A stretch of 64,000 nt of DNA, taken from positions 1,246,295 to 1,310,294 of the forward strand of contig OY279575.1 in the NCBI GenBank assembly GCA_958267355.1, in the 5' to 3' direction. How positions within the stretch are numbered: the stretch's first letter is position 1; every line of letters starts with the position of its first letter. This document shows positions 20,045 to 29,303 of the stretch, one piece after another. This DNA is from an uncultured Alphaproteobacteria bacterium. Its GTDB lineage: Bacteria > Pseudomonadota > Alphaproteobacteria > JALCBB01. The notes below the pieces were generated by a model. The model was not told the DNA's origin. It did no database searches and saw nothing but the letters and a program-made list of their open reading frames with translations. Both the position numbers and the translations under genes were made by a program.

Positions 20045-20222
20045 CTGTCAATTAAATCCCTGTCAATTAAACTTCCACTACTTAAACCCCTGATAATTAA
20101 AGCCCTGATAATTAAAGCCCGTTAATAAACTCGTGATAATTAAAGCCCGTTAATAAACCCCCGATAATTAAACTTCTATCAATTAAATCCCTGTTAATTA
20201 AACTCTGGTTAATTAAACTCCT
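20045..20222. repeat. AT-rich imperfect tandem repeat (AATTAAA core, ~13-17-bp period)
   Basis: About 10 AATTAAA/ATAAA cores between convergent genes. Confidence 0.8.
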
Positions 20223-20238
20223 ATCGCTGAACTCCCCA

Positions 20239-21246
20239 TCAAGGACGAGTCTGCAGTTTCTCTCCTGTTAGGGTTTCGTACTTCTCGGCAACGGCTAACA
20301 GGTCAGCCCAGGCGAAGCGGGTTTGCTGTGGCGAGCGCAACAGATAGGCAGGATGAAAACTGCCATAGACGGGCATTTGCAAAGCGGCTTGCGTTGTCTT
20401 GGGCTCTTTGGCGAAATCGCCTGTATCTTCGGAGGCGAAATTTGTCCACTGCCCGCGGGCGCGGGTAATTCCGCTTGTGCCGAGTCGGGGCAATAGAGCT
20501 TTCATCGGCGTATTCCCGAGTAGCAGAACAATTTCGGGCTTCAACAGAGCCAACTGCTTCCACACGAAGGGCAAGCAGACGGAAACTTCCGCAGGCTCGG
20601 GAGCGCGATTCTTTGGTGGCCGCCAAAAGACAACATTGGTGATAAAGACCTGCGACTCGTCAAATCCTGCCCAGTGCAACAAGCCGTCTAGCAGCTTTCC
20701 TGCTCGCCCAACGAAGGGCTTGCCTTGTGCGTCTTCGTCTGCTCCGGGGGCTTCACCGACGATGGCGAGACGTGCCGTGGCATTGCCGCGCCAGATGACT
20801 GTGTTGTTGGCACCTGCTCGCAGATTGCATCCTTCAAAGGCGGCGATTGTCTGCCACAGGGCTTCTAGCGAGTCGGCTTGGGCGGCGAGCTTTTGGGCTT
20901 CGGCGATTTCTGCGGAGAAAACAGGCTTCTTCGCCCGCCGTGGCGGAGTGCTTTTCTCCGCTGTACTGCCTGCCCCCATATCTTCAGCCCCCATAGCATC
21001 AACCCCTGCCGCATCCTGTGGCTTGCCTGTTGCCTTGTCCCCTATCTTCCCCTGTGGCTTACCTGTTTCCTTACCCCCTGCCCTGTCCTGTGCCCTGCTC
21101 TGTGCCTTCCCTTCTACCTTCCCGCCTATCTTTCCTGTGGGAGCTGTCCGTTTGCGGGGTGTATTGTCTAGCAGGGCAGTAGCCCCCATTTCCTCCTGCA
21201 GGGACAGAGCCGCCAGCAAGTCGGCTTTGTGGTTTTTCTCTGTCAT
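20239..21246 (-). CDS. Uracil-DNA glycosylase family 4
   Basis: FEGC.L, VGEAPGADED..GKPFVGRAGKLLD, ITNVVFWRPP.NR, FHPAYLLR; start MTEK at 21246 (the longer ORF overlaps ETF-QO). Confidence 0.92.
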   Translation of the reverse strand: MTEKNHKADLLAALSLQEEMGATALLDNTPRKRTAPTGKIGGKVEGKAQSRAQDRAGGKETGKPQGKIGDKATGKPQDAAGVDAMGAEDMGAGSTAEKSTPPRRAKKPVFSAEIAEAQKLAAQADSLEALWQTIAAFEGCNLRAGANNTVIWRGNATARLAIVGEAPGADEDAQGKPFVGRAGKLLDGLLHWAGFDESQVFITNVVFWRPPKNRAPEPAEVSVCLPFVWKQLALLKPEIVLLLGNTPMKALLPRLGTSGITRARGQWTNFASEDTGDFAKEPKTTQAALQMPVYGSFHPAYLLRSPQQTRFAWADLLAVAEKYETLTGEKLQTRP

Positions 21247-21334
21247 TGGCGCAAGGCTACAATAAAGGTGGCATTCTTGCGAGGGGTAAAAACAGGCTAA
21301 ACTGCTGTCAGCCGCGGGCGGCATAGGAGAGCTT

Positions 21335-22981
21335 ATGGCAGATCGTGAAGAAATGGAATTTGATGTTGTAATTGTCGGAGCTGGCCCATCGGGTTTGGCG
21401 ACGGCGATACGTTTGGCACAGCTTGGCAAGGAAGCGGGGCGTGAGCTTAACATCTGTGTTGTGGAGAAAGGCTCTGAAGTTGGAGCGCATATTCTATCGG
21501 GAGCGGTCTTTGAAACCCGTGCCTTGGACGAGTTGATTCCCGATTGGCGCGACAAAGGTGCACCCTTGGATGTGCCTGTCAAAGATGAAAAGTTTTTGTT
21601 TTTGGGTAAGCGGCGGGCTTTGTCTGTTCCGACTTGGCTTTTGCCGCCTGAGACGCAGAATCACGGCAACTATATTATTTCGCTCGGAAACCTGTGCCGT
21701 TGGCTTGGACAACAAGCCGAGGCATTAGGCGTGAGTGTTTTTGCGGGGTTTCCTGCGGCGGACTTACTGCTTGAAGATGCGACTGTGCGTGGGGTGATCA
21801 CGGCTGATATGGGGCGGGCGCGTAATGGGAGTGAAAAGTCGGGCTTTCAGGCGGGAATTGCTTTGCGCGCCAAATGGACTGTTTTTGCTGAGGGGTGTCG
21901 CGGCTCACTTGCGAACAAGTTGGAGAAAACTTTTAATCTGCGCGAAAAATCTGACCCGCAGACCTACGGCATTGGCATTAAAGAGCTTTGGGAGTTAACC
22001 CCTGAAGAGCATAACGAAGGCTTGGTACTACATACGGCGGGTTGGCCGATGGATCGGCGCACTTGGGGTGGATCTTTTGTCTATCACTTGAATAACAATC
22101 AGGCGTATATCGGCTTTGTTGTTGGCTTGGATTACAGCAATCCGTGGCTTGATCCTTTTGCGGAAATGCAACGGTTTAAAACTCATCCGCGGCTTGCCAA
22201 GATGCTGAAAGGCGGCAAGCGTATTTCGTATGGTGCGCGGGCACTCAACGAAGGCGGATTGCAATCTTTGCCGCGTTTGGTTTTTCGGGGTGGATTGATT
22301 GTCGGTTGTGCGGCGGGTTTTTTGAATGTTCCGAAGATTAAGGGTTCGCACACGGCGATGAAGACAGGAATGCTTGCGGCAGAAAGTATTTTTCAGGCTT
22401 TACAGAATGACAGTGACTCTGCGGTACCTCTTACGGCGTATGAAGAAGCGGTGCGTAAGTCTTGGGTTTGGAAAGAATTGCATCGGGCGCGTAATTTTCG
22501 TCCTGCGGCGGCACGGTTTGGTATGGTTTTGGGTATGGCGTATGGGGGTTTGGATTTAAAAATTCTGCGGGGCAAGGCTCCATGGACGTTCCGCCACCGT
22601 CACCATGACCACGAAACTTTGCGGCGTGCGGCGAAGTCTAAAAAGATTCACTACCCCAAGCCCGATGGAGTCCTTACCTTTGACCGCAACGCTTCTGTCT
22701 TCCTAGCAGGAGTCAATCACGAAGCCGATCAACCTGTGCATCTTAAGCTTACTGACTCGGCGGTGCCGATAGCCCAGAACTTGCCTGCGTTTGCTGAGCC
22801 TGCGCAACGCTATTGTCCAGCGGGCGTGTATGAAGTATCCGAGAAAGATGGCGGACATGAATTCGTTATCAACGCGCAGAATTGTGTTCATTGTAAGACC
22901 TGTGACATCAAAGACCCTGCGCAAAACATCACTTGGAGCGTTCCCGAAGGTGGTGGTGGCCCGAACTATCCGAATATGTAA
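21335..22981 (+). CDS. Electron transfer flavoprotein-ubiquinone oxidoreductase
   Basis: DVVIVGAGPSGL, GAHILSGA, YCPAGVYE, QNCVHCKTCDIKDP, PEGGGGPNY. Confidence 0.97.
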   Translation: MADREEMEFDVVIVGAGPSGLATAIRLAQLGKEAGRELNICVVEKGSEVGAHILSGAVFETRALDELIPDWRDKGAPLDVPVKDEKFLFLGKRRALSVPTWLLPPETQNHGNYIISLGNLCRWLGQQAEALGVSVFAGFPAADLLLEDATVRGVITADMGRARNGSEKSGFQAGIALRAKWTVFAEGCRGSLANKLEKTFNLREKSDPQTYGIGIKELWELTPEEHNEGLVLHTAGWPMDRRTWGGSFVYHLNNNQAYIGFVVGLDYSNPWLDPFAEMQRFKTHPRLAKMLKGGKRISYGARALNEGGLQSLPRLVFRGGLIVGCAAGFLNVPKIKGSHTAMKTGMLAAESIFQALQNDSDSAVPLTAYEEAVRKSWVWKELHRARNFRPAAARFGMVLGMAYGGLDLKILRGKAPWTFRHRHHDHETLRRAAKSKKIHYPKPDGVLTFDRNASVFLAGVNHEADQPVHLKLTDSAVPIAQNLPAFAEPAQRYCPAGVYEVSEKDGGHEFVINAQNCVHCKTCDIKDPAQNITWSVPEGGGGPNYPNM

Positions 22982-23011
22982 TTCCTGCGAACGAGCGGTA
23001 TAATTGCCACG

Positions 23012-24865
23012 ATGAAGTACTTGCGAAATCGTTTCCAGCCCAGCGCCCAATCTGTGGCAGGGTCTGTAGCAGAGTCTATGGCGCAATCTATGGCACAGCC
23101 TATGGCGCAATCTATGGCACGAACGATAGCTAGGGTTCGGGCAGGGCTTGTCTCTGCTTTCTTGGTCTCTGCTTTGTTGTTGGCTTTTGGTGTAGCGACA
23201 GTGGCGACAGTGGCACCTGCTAGGGCTGCGACTGAAAGCACACTTGGCACGAGCGGAGATTTACTTTCTGCTCTTGTTGCCTTACAGCGTGCGGACTTTG
23301 GCACAAGCGAAGCTTATCTCTCACGGGTCTTTGCGGTTGATGGTGGTCTTCGGGTTGAAGAAGGCTTGCGGTCTTATTACTTTTTGCTTTCTCTGGCACT
23401 GGGTAAGGGTGGTCAGGCGACGGAACTTGCCCGCCGTCTTGTTGCTGAAGGAGAAGAAGCCAATCAGCTTTTGCCCTATTTGGTTTTGGCGGCGGATGCA
23501 ATCCGCAAGAATGACAAGCAGGCGGCTTTGGCGGTGTTGGATCGTGTGCCGAGCAGTGCGACTCGTCAGCTTGAAGTTTTGTTGTTGCGGGCTGTTTTGC
23601 TGAGCCACGGAGACTCTGCTGACAAGACTTTGGCGTTGCGGGCGATGCAGACTTTTGGCGAGCAGGAAGAGCAGATTGAAACGGCGTTTTACTTTACGAC
23701 TTTAATCTTGGATGCACTGGGCGAGCGTGAAGAAGTTTTGGCGCGGATTGAAGAAGCGGTGGATGAGCGGTCTATGGATGTTGCGGAAGTATTTTTAAAA
23801 TTCGGCGCGGTTTTGGAAGCCAACGGAGAAGACCAAGCGGCGATTGATTTTTACGAACGCGGACTTAGCCAATATCCTGAAGATTTTTTTCTGGCGACAC
23901 GCCTTTGGACTTTAACCAACAGCAACAGCAGACCGCACTTGCTTGACAACAGCTCGCTACGGCTACGGGCGGCGTATGCGTTATCTGACTTGGCGCGGAT
24001 TCAGATTGCCAGTGGTGGTTCGGGTTTGCAGGCTTTGTCGGATTCGAGCTTAGCGCTTTTCTTGGAGCCTAAGTTAGAAGAAGCTTTACTTTTGCGGGCT
24101 GAAGTTTGGGCGGAACTGGGAGACCAACAAAGTGCTTTGCGTGATTTGTCGCGTTTATCGGGCAGGAGTCCGACGGGTTGGTTTGGCACTTTGGAGCGGG
24201 CGCAGACTTTAATCCGCCAGGATGCACTAGACGAAGCGCAGAAGCTATTAGACGGGCTTGGCAATCGTTGGCAAAGGCACGAGCTGCCGCAGTTGCGGGG
24301 CGGGCTTGCCCGTGCCCAAGAGCAATGGCAAGAAGCGGCGGGCTATTACGATGAAGCGATAGCCTTTTATCCGAAGCAGGGGGAAGGGTTATGGTGGCTG
24401 TACTACTCGCGTGGTATTGCCCACGAGCGGGCTGACCAATGGGACAAAGCCGAAGCAGATTTTTTGCATGCTTTATCGTTGCGTGAGAATCAGGCAGATG
24501 TTTTGAACTACTTGGCGTATTCTTGGGCTGACCAGAACCGCAATTTGGAGCAGGCATTAGAAATGCTTCAAGAAGCGGCGGGGCAACGCCCTGACCAGGG
24601 GCATATTATCGACTCATTGGGTTGGGTTTATTATCGTTTGGGTGATTACGAGCGGGCGACTGAGTATTTGGAAGAAGCGGCGAGTTATTTGCCTGTTGAT
24701 GCTGTGGTGAATGATCATTTGGGTGATGCGTACTGGCGAACGGGGCGCAAGCGTGAAGCGCGGGTGCAGTGGCGGCGGGCTTTGAGTGCGGGGGGTGAGC
24801 ATCCAGATGGCGGACAAGAAATGCTGGACTCGCTTAACGACAAATTGAAAAACGGACTTAACTAG
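23012..24865 (+). CDS. Exported tetratricopeptide repeat protein
   Basis: Signal-like N-terminus; AEADF..AL, VLNYLAYSWAD, IIDSLGWVYY, NDHLGDAYW; ETF-QO-TPR-ispE synteny. Confidence 0.9.
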   Translation: MKYLRNRFQPSAQSVAGSVAESMAQSMAQPMAQSMARTIARVRAGLVSAFLVSALLLAFGVATVATVAPARAATESTLGTSGDLLSALVALQRADFGTSEAYLSRVFAVDGGLRVEEGLRSYYFLLSLALGKGGQATELARRLVAEGEEANQLLPYLVLAADAIRKNDKQAALAVLDRVPSSATRQLEVLLLRAVLLSHGDSADKTLALRAMQTFGEQEEQIETAFYFTTLILDALGEREEVLARIEEAVDERSMDVAEVFLKFGAVLEANGEDQAAIDFYERGLSQYPEDFFLATRLWTLTNSNSRPHLLDNSSLRLRAAYALSDLARIQIASGGSGLQALSDSSLALFLEPKLEEALLLRAEVWAELGDQQSALRDLSRLSGRSPTGWFGTLERAQTLIRQDALDEAQKLLDGLGNRWQRHELPQLRGGLARAQEQWQEAAGYYDEAIAFYPKQGEGLWWLYYSRGIAHERADQWDKAEADFLHALSLRENQADVLNYLAYSWADQNRNLEQALEMLQEAAGQRPDQGHIIDSLGWVYYRLGDYERATEYLEEAASYLPVDAVVNDHLGDAYWRTGRKREARVQWRRALSAGGEHPDGGQEMLDSLNDKLKNGLN

Positions 24866-24905
24866 TTTTTGGGTACGTTTGGCGTGTGAATGGATTGGTG
24901 GTGGA

Positions 24906-25988
24906 ATGGTGGTTTCTGATTTAGCGGTTCGGGCGCGTGAAGCGCGGGCGAAGATTAATTTGTCTTTGCGCGTGGGTAGCAGGCGGGCAGATGGTTTGCA
25001 CGGGTTGGATTCTTTGCTGACGATTGTGCGGGGGGTTTCTGACCGTGTGATTTCTGATTCTTGGGATGAGCAGATTTTTTCTATGGCGGGGGCTTTTGCT
25101 GATGACTTAGCCGATGCTTTACAGGAGCAGATATTTCTTCAGGAGCCGAAGTCTAAGCAACAAGAGTCGGCGAAGACAGCCGAGCAAAGCCTGCAAGAGA
25201 GTCTGGAACATAACCCGCAACAGAGCCGTCAAGAAAGCTCGCAAGAAAGTCTGCAAAGAAACGCGGTGGAAGATAACTTGGCGTGGCGGGCGGCGTGTGT
25301 TTTTGATACGGCGCGGCGTGGTTTTGGTGTGAGTCCTGCTCCTTTGCCGATACGCCTAGAGAAAAACCTACCTTTCGGAGCGGGCTTTGGTGGTGGTTCG
25401 GCTGATGCGGCGGCGGTATTGCTTTTGCGGGCGGGAGAGATTCCGACTGACTTGGCTACTCTGTGTGAATTGGCGGCGGGTCTTGGGGCTGATATTCCTG
25501 CTTTACTGCACGCTGAAACGGGCACGGGAGCGGTTTGGGTTTCGGGGGCAGGAGAAATTTGTGTGCCTGCTCCTGCTTTGCCACAGACATATGTGGTCTT
25601 GGCTTGGCCGAAGGTTTCGCTTAGTACGCAGAAAGTCTATGCGGCTTTTGCGGCGGAGCGGAATTCTTCATCCAGTTCTGAAGCTGAAGACGCGCAGGCG
25701 ACGCGAGTCCAAGAAGTTTCTGCTTTGGCGGATGCGAAGGCTCTGGCGGCTTGGGCGGGGGGGCAAGGCAATGATTTGGCGGAAGCTGTGGCGGCGGTTT
25801 GTCCTGAGGCGGAAATTTTGCGTAAGCGGCTGGGGGCGCAGAAGCACTGCTTGCTGGCGCAGATATCGGGGGCAGGAAGCGGCTGTTTTGGGCTTTTCAC
25901 CCAACAGCGGCATGCAGTCCGAGCCGCGAGTCAACTTCGTGATGTTTGGGCGAGTGTTGGCGTGATAGGAAGCGAAGCCGTAAAATAG
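24906..25988 (+). CDS. ispE: 4-diphosphocytidyl-2C-methyl-D-erythritol kinase with Q/E/S-rich insert
   Basis: AKINLSL, LEKNLPFGAGFGGGSADAAA, LGADIP, NDL, SGAGS. Confidence 0.9.
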   Translation: MVVSDLAVRAREARAKINLSLRVGSRRADGLHGLDSLLTIVRGVSDRVISDSWDEQIFSMAGAFADDLADALQEQIFLQEPKSKQQESAKTAEQSLQESLEHNPQQSRQESSQESLQRNAVEDNLAWRAACVFDTARRGFGVSPAPLPIRLEKNLPFGAGFGGGSADAAAVLLLRAGEIPTDLATLCELAAGLGADIPALLHAETGTGAVWVSGAGEICVPAPALPQTYVVLAWPKVSLSTQKVYAAFAAERNSSSSSEAEDAQATRVQEVSALADAKALAAWAGGQGNDLAEAVAAVCPEAEILRKRLGAQKHCLLAQISGAGSGCFGLFTQQRHAVRAASQLRDVWASVGVIGSEAVK

Positions 25989-26082
25989 CTTTGGGCTAAT
26001 CCTTTCCTAACCGATTAGCCTTCTTCGGGCTAATCCTTTCCTAACCGATTAGCTTTCTTTGGACTAACCCTTTCCTTACAGG

Positions 26083-26409
26083 TTAGCTTTCTTCACTGAA
26101 GGTATCGGGTTCGTCAAAGTCTGCGTCGGCGATATCATCGTCGGCGACTGAGTCTGTGTCATCGTCCAGCAGATCGGACTCACCTGCGTCTGCACTCGGA
26201 GTGGGTTCTTCGCGGTTTGTTGTCCGTCCACCACTGCTGAGCACAGCATGGACTTCGTACTGCTTGCCACAGGTCTCAACGGGACAAACTGCTGGCCAGA
26301 CTCCTTTATCGTAGTACTGGGTTTGGCAGGCAGGACAGATCCGCAGGTAGCCTAAGTCTTGGGCGGCGTTGGTGGCGGTGTAATCTGCGATAGCGGTTAG
26401 TTTTGCCAT
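26083..26409 (-). CDS. FYDLN-acid / TIGR02300 family protein
   Basis: LG..RICPACQTQYYD...VCP...CG plus acidic tail; divergent from aroA. Confidence 0.75.
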   Translation of the reverse strand: MAKLTAIADYTATNAAQDLGYLRICPACQTQYYDKGVWPAVCPVETCGKQYEVHAVLSSGGRTTNREEPTPSADAGESDLLDDDTDSVADDDIADADFDEPDTFSEES

Positions 26410-26733
26410 TGTGCGAGTCCTTTGTGCGTTGGTTCTGGGTGTTGGTTCTGGGTGTTGGTTCTGGGTGTTGGTTCTGGGTTGGGTTTGGTTTGTGGCTTAG
26501 GGGCTTGCGGGGGGGCTAGCGAAGTGCGGAGCAAAATTTCTTACGGCGGGATTTTGTGCCACGCTGGGGGGTATCTGTCAATTCTGCGTGGTTTGTTGTG
26601 GTGTTTTCTGTGGTGTTTGCTGTGGTGGTTGTGGTGGTGGTTGTGGTGGTGTGGTTTTGTGTGTGGTGATGTGGAGTTTGTGCAGGGCAATTGGCTTGGA
26701 TAAATCGGCTGGTAATTGGCTATAGTCGCGGTT

Positions 26734-28311
26734 ATGGGGCATTTGGCGACAGGGACAAGCGGTGTGTTGAAACGGGCATTGATTGCGCGGACAAGCAGTC
26801 TATCCCCTTCTCTATCCCCTTCTGTGTCTCCTTCAGGTCTTGCCCTGCGTCCGCTTGGAGATAAATCGCTTTCGCATCGGGCCTTGATATTTTCGGCTTT
26901 GGCGGAAGGCACGAGTGAGATTACGGGTCTTTTAGAGTCGGAAGATGTTTTGGCGACGGCGGCGGCTCTTGGGGCTTTGGGGGTGGAGATACAGAAAGCT
27001 CCTGCGCCAGCCGCTCACGGAGCCACAGGCGGGGCTACAGGCGGGGGTACAGGGTCTAGAGACGCATTTAGGGGTAGTACAGGCAAAACCACCGAAGAAG
27101 CCACAGGCGGGGCTACAGACGCGCCTACGGGGGTGATTTGGCGTGTATCTGGCGTTGGTATTGGTGGTTTGACGAGTCCAGCCCAGCCGCTTGATTTGGG
27201 GAATAGCGGCACGGGTGCGCGCTTACTTCTTGGGGCTTTGGCGGGTAATCCGCTGATGGTGCGAATGGTTGGCGATGAGTCACTATCGGCGCGTCCGTTT
27301 CTGCGTGTCTTGGAGCCGTTGGCGGCGATGGGGGCTATGTATCGAGCGGCTGAAGGCGGCAGGCTTCCTGTTGAGCTTACGGGGCGGAGTGATTTGTCTG
27401 CTATTCGTTGGCGTTTGCCTGTGGCGTCGGCGCAGATTAAGGGAGCGATTTTGCTGGCGGCTTTGGCGGCGGCGGGACGCACCGAGATAGAAGAGCCGAT
27501 TGCCTGTCGTGACCATAGCGAGCGGCTTTTGCCTCTTTACGGAGCCAAGCTTGCCACGGAAAAGCTAGCGACAGGCGGCAGGTTGATTTCGCTTGAAGGA
27601 AAGCAGCCACTGCGTTCTATTTCTTTGTCTATTGCGGGGGATCCATCTACGGCGGCGTTTTTGGTGGTGGCGCAGTTGCTTTGTGGCACGGGTGAGCTGG
27701 TGTTGGAAAATGTTGGGGTTAATCCTTTGCGGACAGGATTATTTGAAACTTTGCTTGAAATGGGTGCGGAGATACAAATTGAACCTGAAGCCACTGCCAC
27801 ACCTGAAGCCACAGCCACCACAGATACCACAGGCACCACGGATACAAAGGCGCGTGGTGAGCCGACAGCGACTTTGCGGGTTTGGCGTTCGGCTTTGCGG
27901 GGTGTTGTGGTGCCGAGTGAGCGGGTTGCGACGATGATTGATGAGTATCCGATTCTTGCGGTGGCGGCGGCGTGTGCGGAGGGAAGAACGCGCATGGAAG
28001 GGCTAGACGAACTACGCCATAAGGAAAGCGATAGGCTTGCGGCGATTGCTACGGGATTGCAGGCGGTGGGTGTGGCGATTGAGTTGGCGGGTGATGATTT
28101 AGTTGTGCTTGGTACGGGCAAGCCGCCGCAGGGTGGAGCGACGATTGAGAGTCGGCGTGACCATCGGATTGCGATGGCGTTTTTGGTTTTGGGTTTGGCG
28201 ACTGCGGAGCCGATTAAAGTCCTTGGCACGGAATGGATTGCGACTTCTTTTCCGAACTTCCGTGAAGTTATGGAAGGCTTAGGGGCGAAGTTTGAGTCGG
28301 CGCGTGTGTAG
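26734..28311 (+). CDS. aroA: EPSP synthase with two low-complexity inserts
   Basis: GDKSLSHRAL, DLGNSGTG, ASAQIK, RDHSER, IDEYP, HKESDR, DHRIAM. Confidence 0.96.
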   Translation: MGHLATGTSGVLKRALIARTSSLSPSLSPSVSPSGLALRPLGDKSLSHRALIFSALAEGTSEITGLLESEDVLATAAALGALGVEIQKAPAPAAHGATGGATGGGTGSRDAFRGSTGKTTEEATGGATDAPTGVIWRVSGVGIGGLTSPAQPLDLGNSGTGARLLLGALAGNPLMVRMVGDESLSARPFLRVLEPLAAMGAMYRAAEGGRLPVELTGRSDLSAIRWRLPVASAQIKGAILLAALAAAGRTEIEEPIACRDHSERLLPLYGAKLATEKLATGGRLISLEGKQPLRSISLSIAGDPSTAAFLVVAQLLCGTGELVLENVGVNPLRTGLFETLLEMGAEIQIEPEATATPEATATTDTTGTTDTKARGEPTATLRVWRSALRGVVVPSERVATMIDEYPILAVAAACAEGRTRMEGLDELRHKESDRLAAIATGLQAVGVAIELAGDDLVVLGTGKPPQGGATIESRRDHRIAMAFLVLGLATAEPIKVLGTEWIATSFPNFREVMEGLGAKFESARV

Positions 28312-28338
28312 GCTACGGGTGAAAGTTGTTAAGACGCG

Positions 28339-29016
28339 ATGAAGAAGCAGATTGCGATTGATGGACCTGCGGCATCGGGCAAGGGAACGATTGCTCGTGG
28401 TTTGGCGCGAGCGTTAAACTTTGCCTACTTGGATACGGGTTTGCTCTATCGGGCGGTGGCGCAAAGGCTTCTTCAAGGCGCGGAGTCGCGGGCTGTGGTG
28501 GTGGCGCGTTCTTTAGTCCGTGCCGATATACAAGACTTGCACGATCTTCGGGTTTTGGAAGATTTGGGCTTGCGTCATCCTGCGGTATCGGCGAAGGCGT
28601 CTGAAGTGGCGGCGGAGTCAGAAGTGCGTTCTGTCTTGCGCGGGCTTCAGCGTGACTTTGCGGACAATCCGCCTGCCGACAAGTCAGGAGCGATTTTAGA
28701 CGGACGAGATATTGCGACGGTAATTTTGCCTAATGCGGCGTGTAAGATTTTTGTTACGGCGGCGGTGGTGGTGCGGGCGCGGCGGCGTTTGGCGGATTTA
28801 GAAGCGGCGAATTTTGGCGGCACGGAATCTGTGCCTACGCTGGAAGATTTGCGGGCTGATTTGCAGGCGCGTGATCTGCGTGATGAAACGCGGGCTGACT
28901 CGCCCTTGCGGCGTGACTCTGGGGCTTTGCTTTTGGACACGGGCGAGCAATCGGTGGCGGAGTCTATTGCTGAAGCCTTAGCCTATGCCCGTGATTGCCT
29001 GAATCTGGCGGATTAG
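28339..29016 (+). CDS. cmk: Cytidylate kinase
   Basis: IAIDGPAASGKGT, LDTGLLYRA, LDGRDI. Confidence 0.95.
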   Translation: MKKQIAIDGPAASGKGTIARGLARALNFAYLDTGLLYRAVAQRLLQGAESRAVVVARSLVRADIQDLHDLRVLEDLGLRHPAVSAKASEVAAESEVRSVLRGLQRDFADNPPADKSGAILDGRDIATVILPNAACKIFVTAAVVVRARRRLADLEAANFGGTESVPTLEDLRADLQARDLRDETRADSPLRRDSGALLLDTGEQSVAESIAEALAYARDCLNLAD

Positions 29017-29303
29017 GGTTTTTTGGCTTGCCAAGCTTGGCGGGGCGGGGTATAACCCGACTCTCTTGTTCTCCGTCCTGCCCCTGTAATTGCTGGGCGA
29101 TTGCTCCTGTAGTTGTTGGGTGATTGCCCCTGTAATTGTTGGGCGATTGTGGTGGGTTTTGCGGAGACAAGCCTTACCGACAATTCGGTATCTGCCACGG
29201 AAGGCGTGGTGGAAGATTTCCCTTCTCGGGTGCGGAGCCTTTTTTGCGTTCCCGATACAAGCAGACGCACGATGGGCTATGGAAGTGGCTTGGTGCGAGA
29301 CCT

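Noticed and set aside
20183-20212. Two TTAA-N7-TTAA CtrA-like boxes; possible replication origin
   Set aside because: They lie between convergent 3' ends inside an AATTAAA tandem array that yields the spacing by chance; no DnaA-box cluster or origin-linked genes seen.
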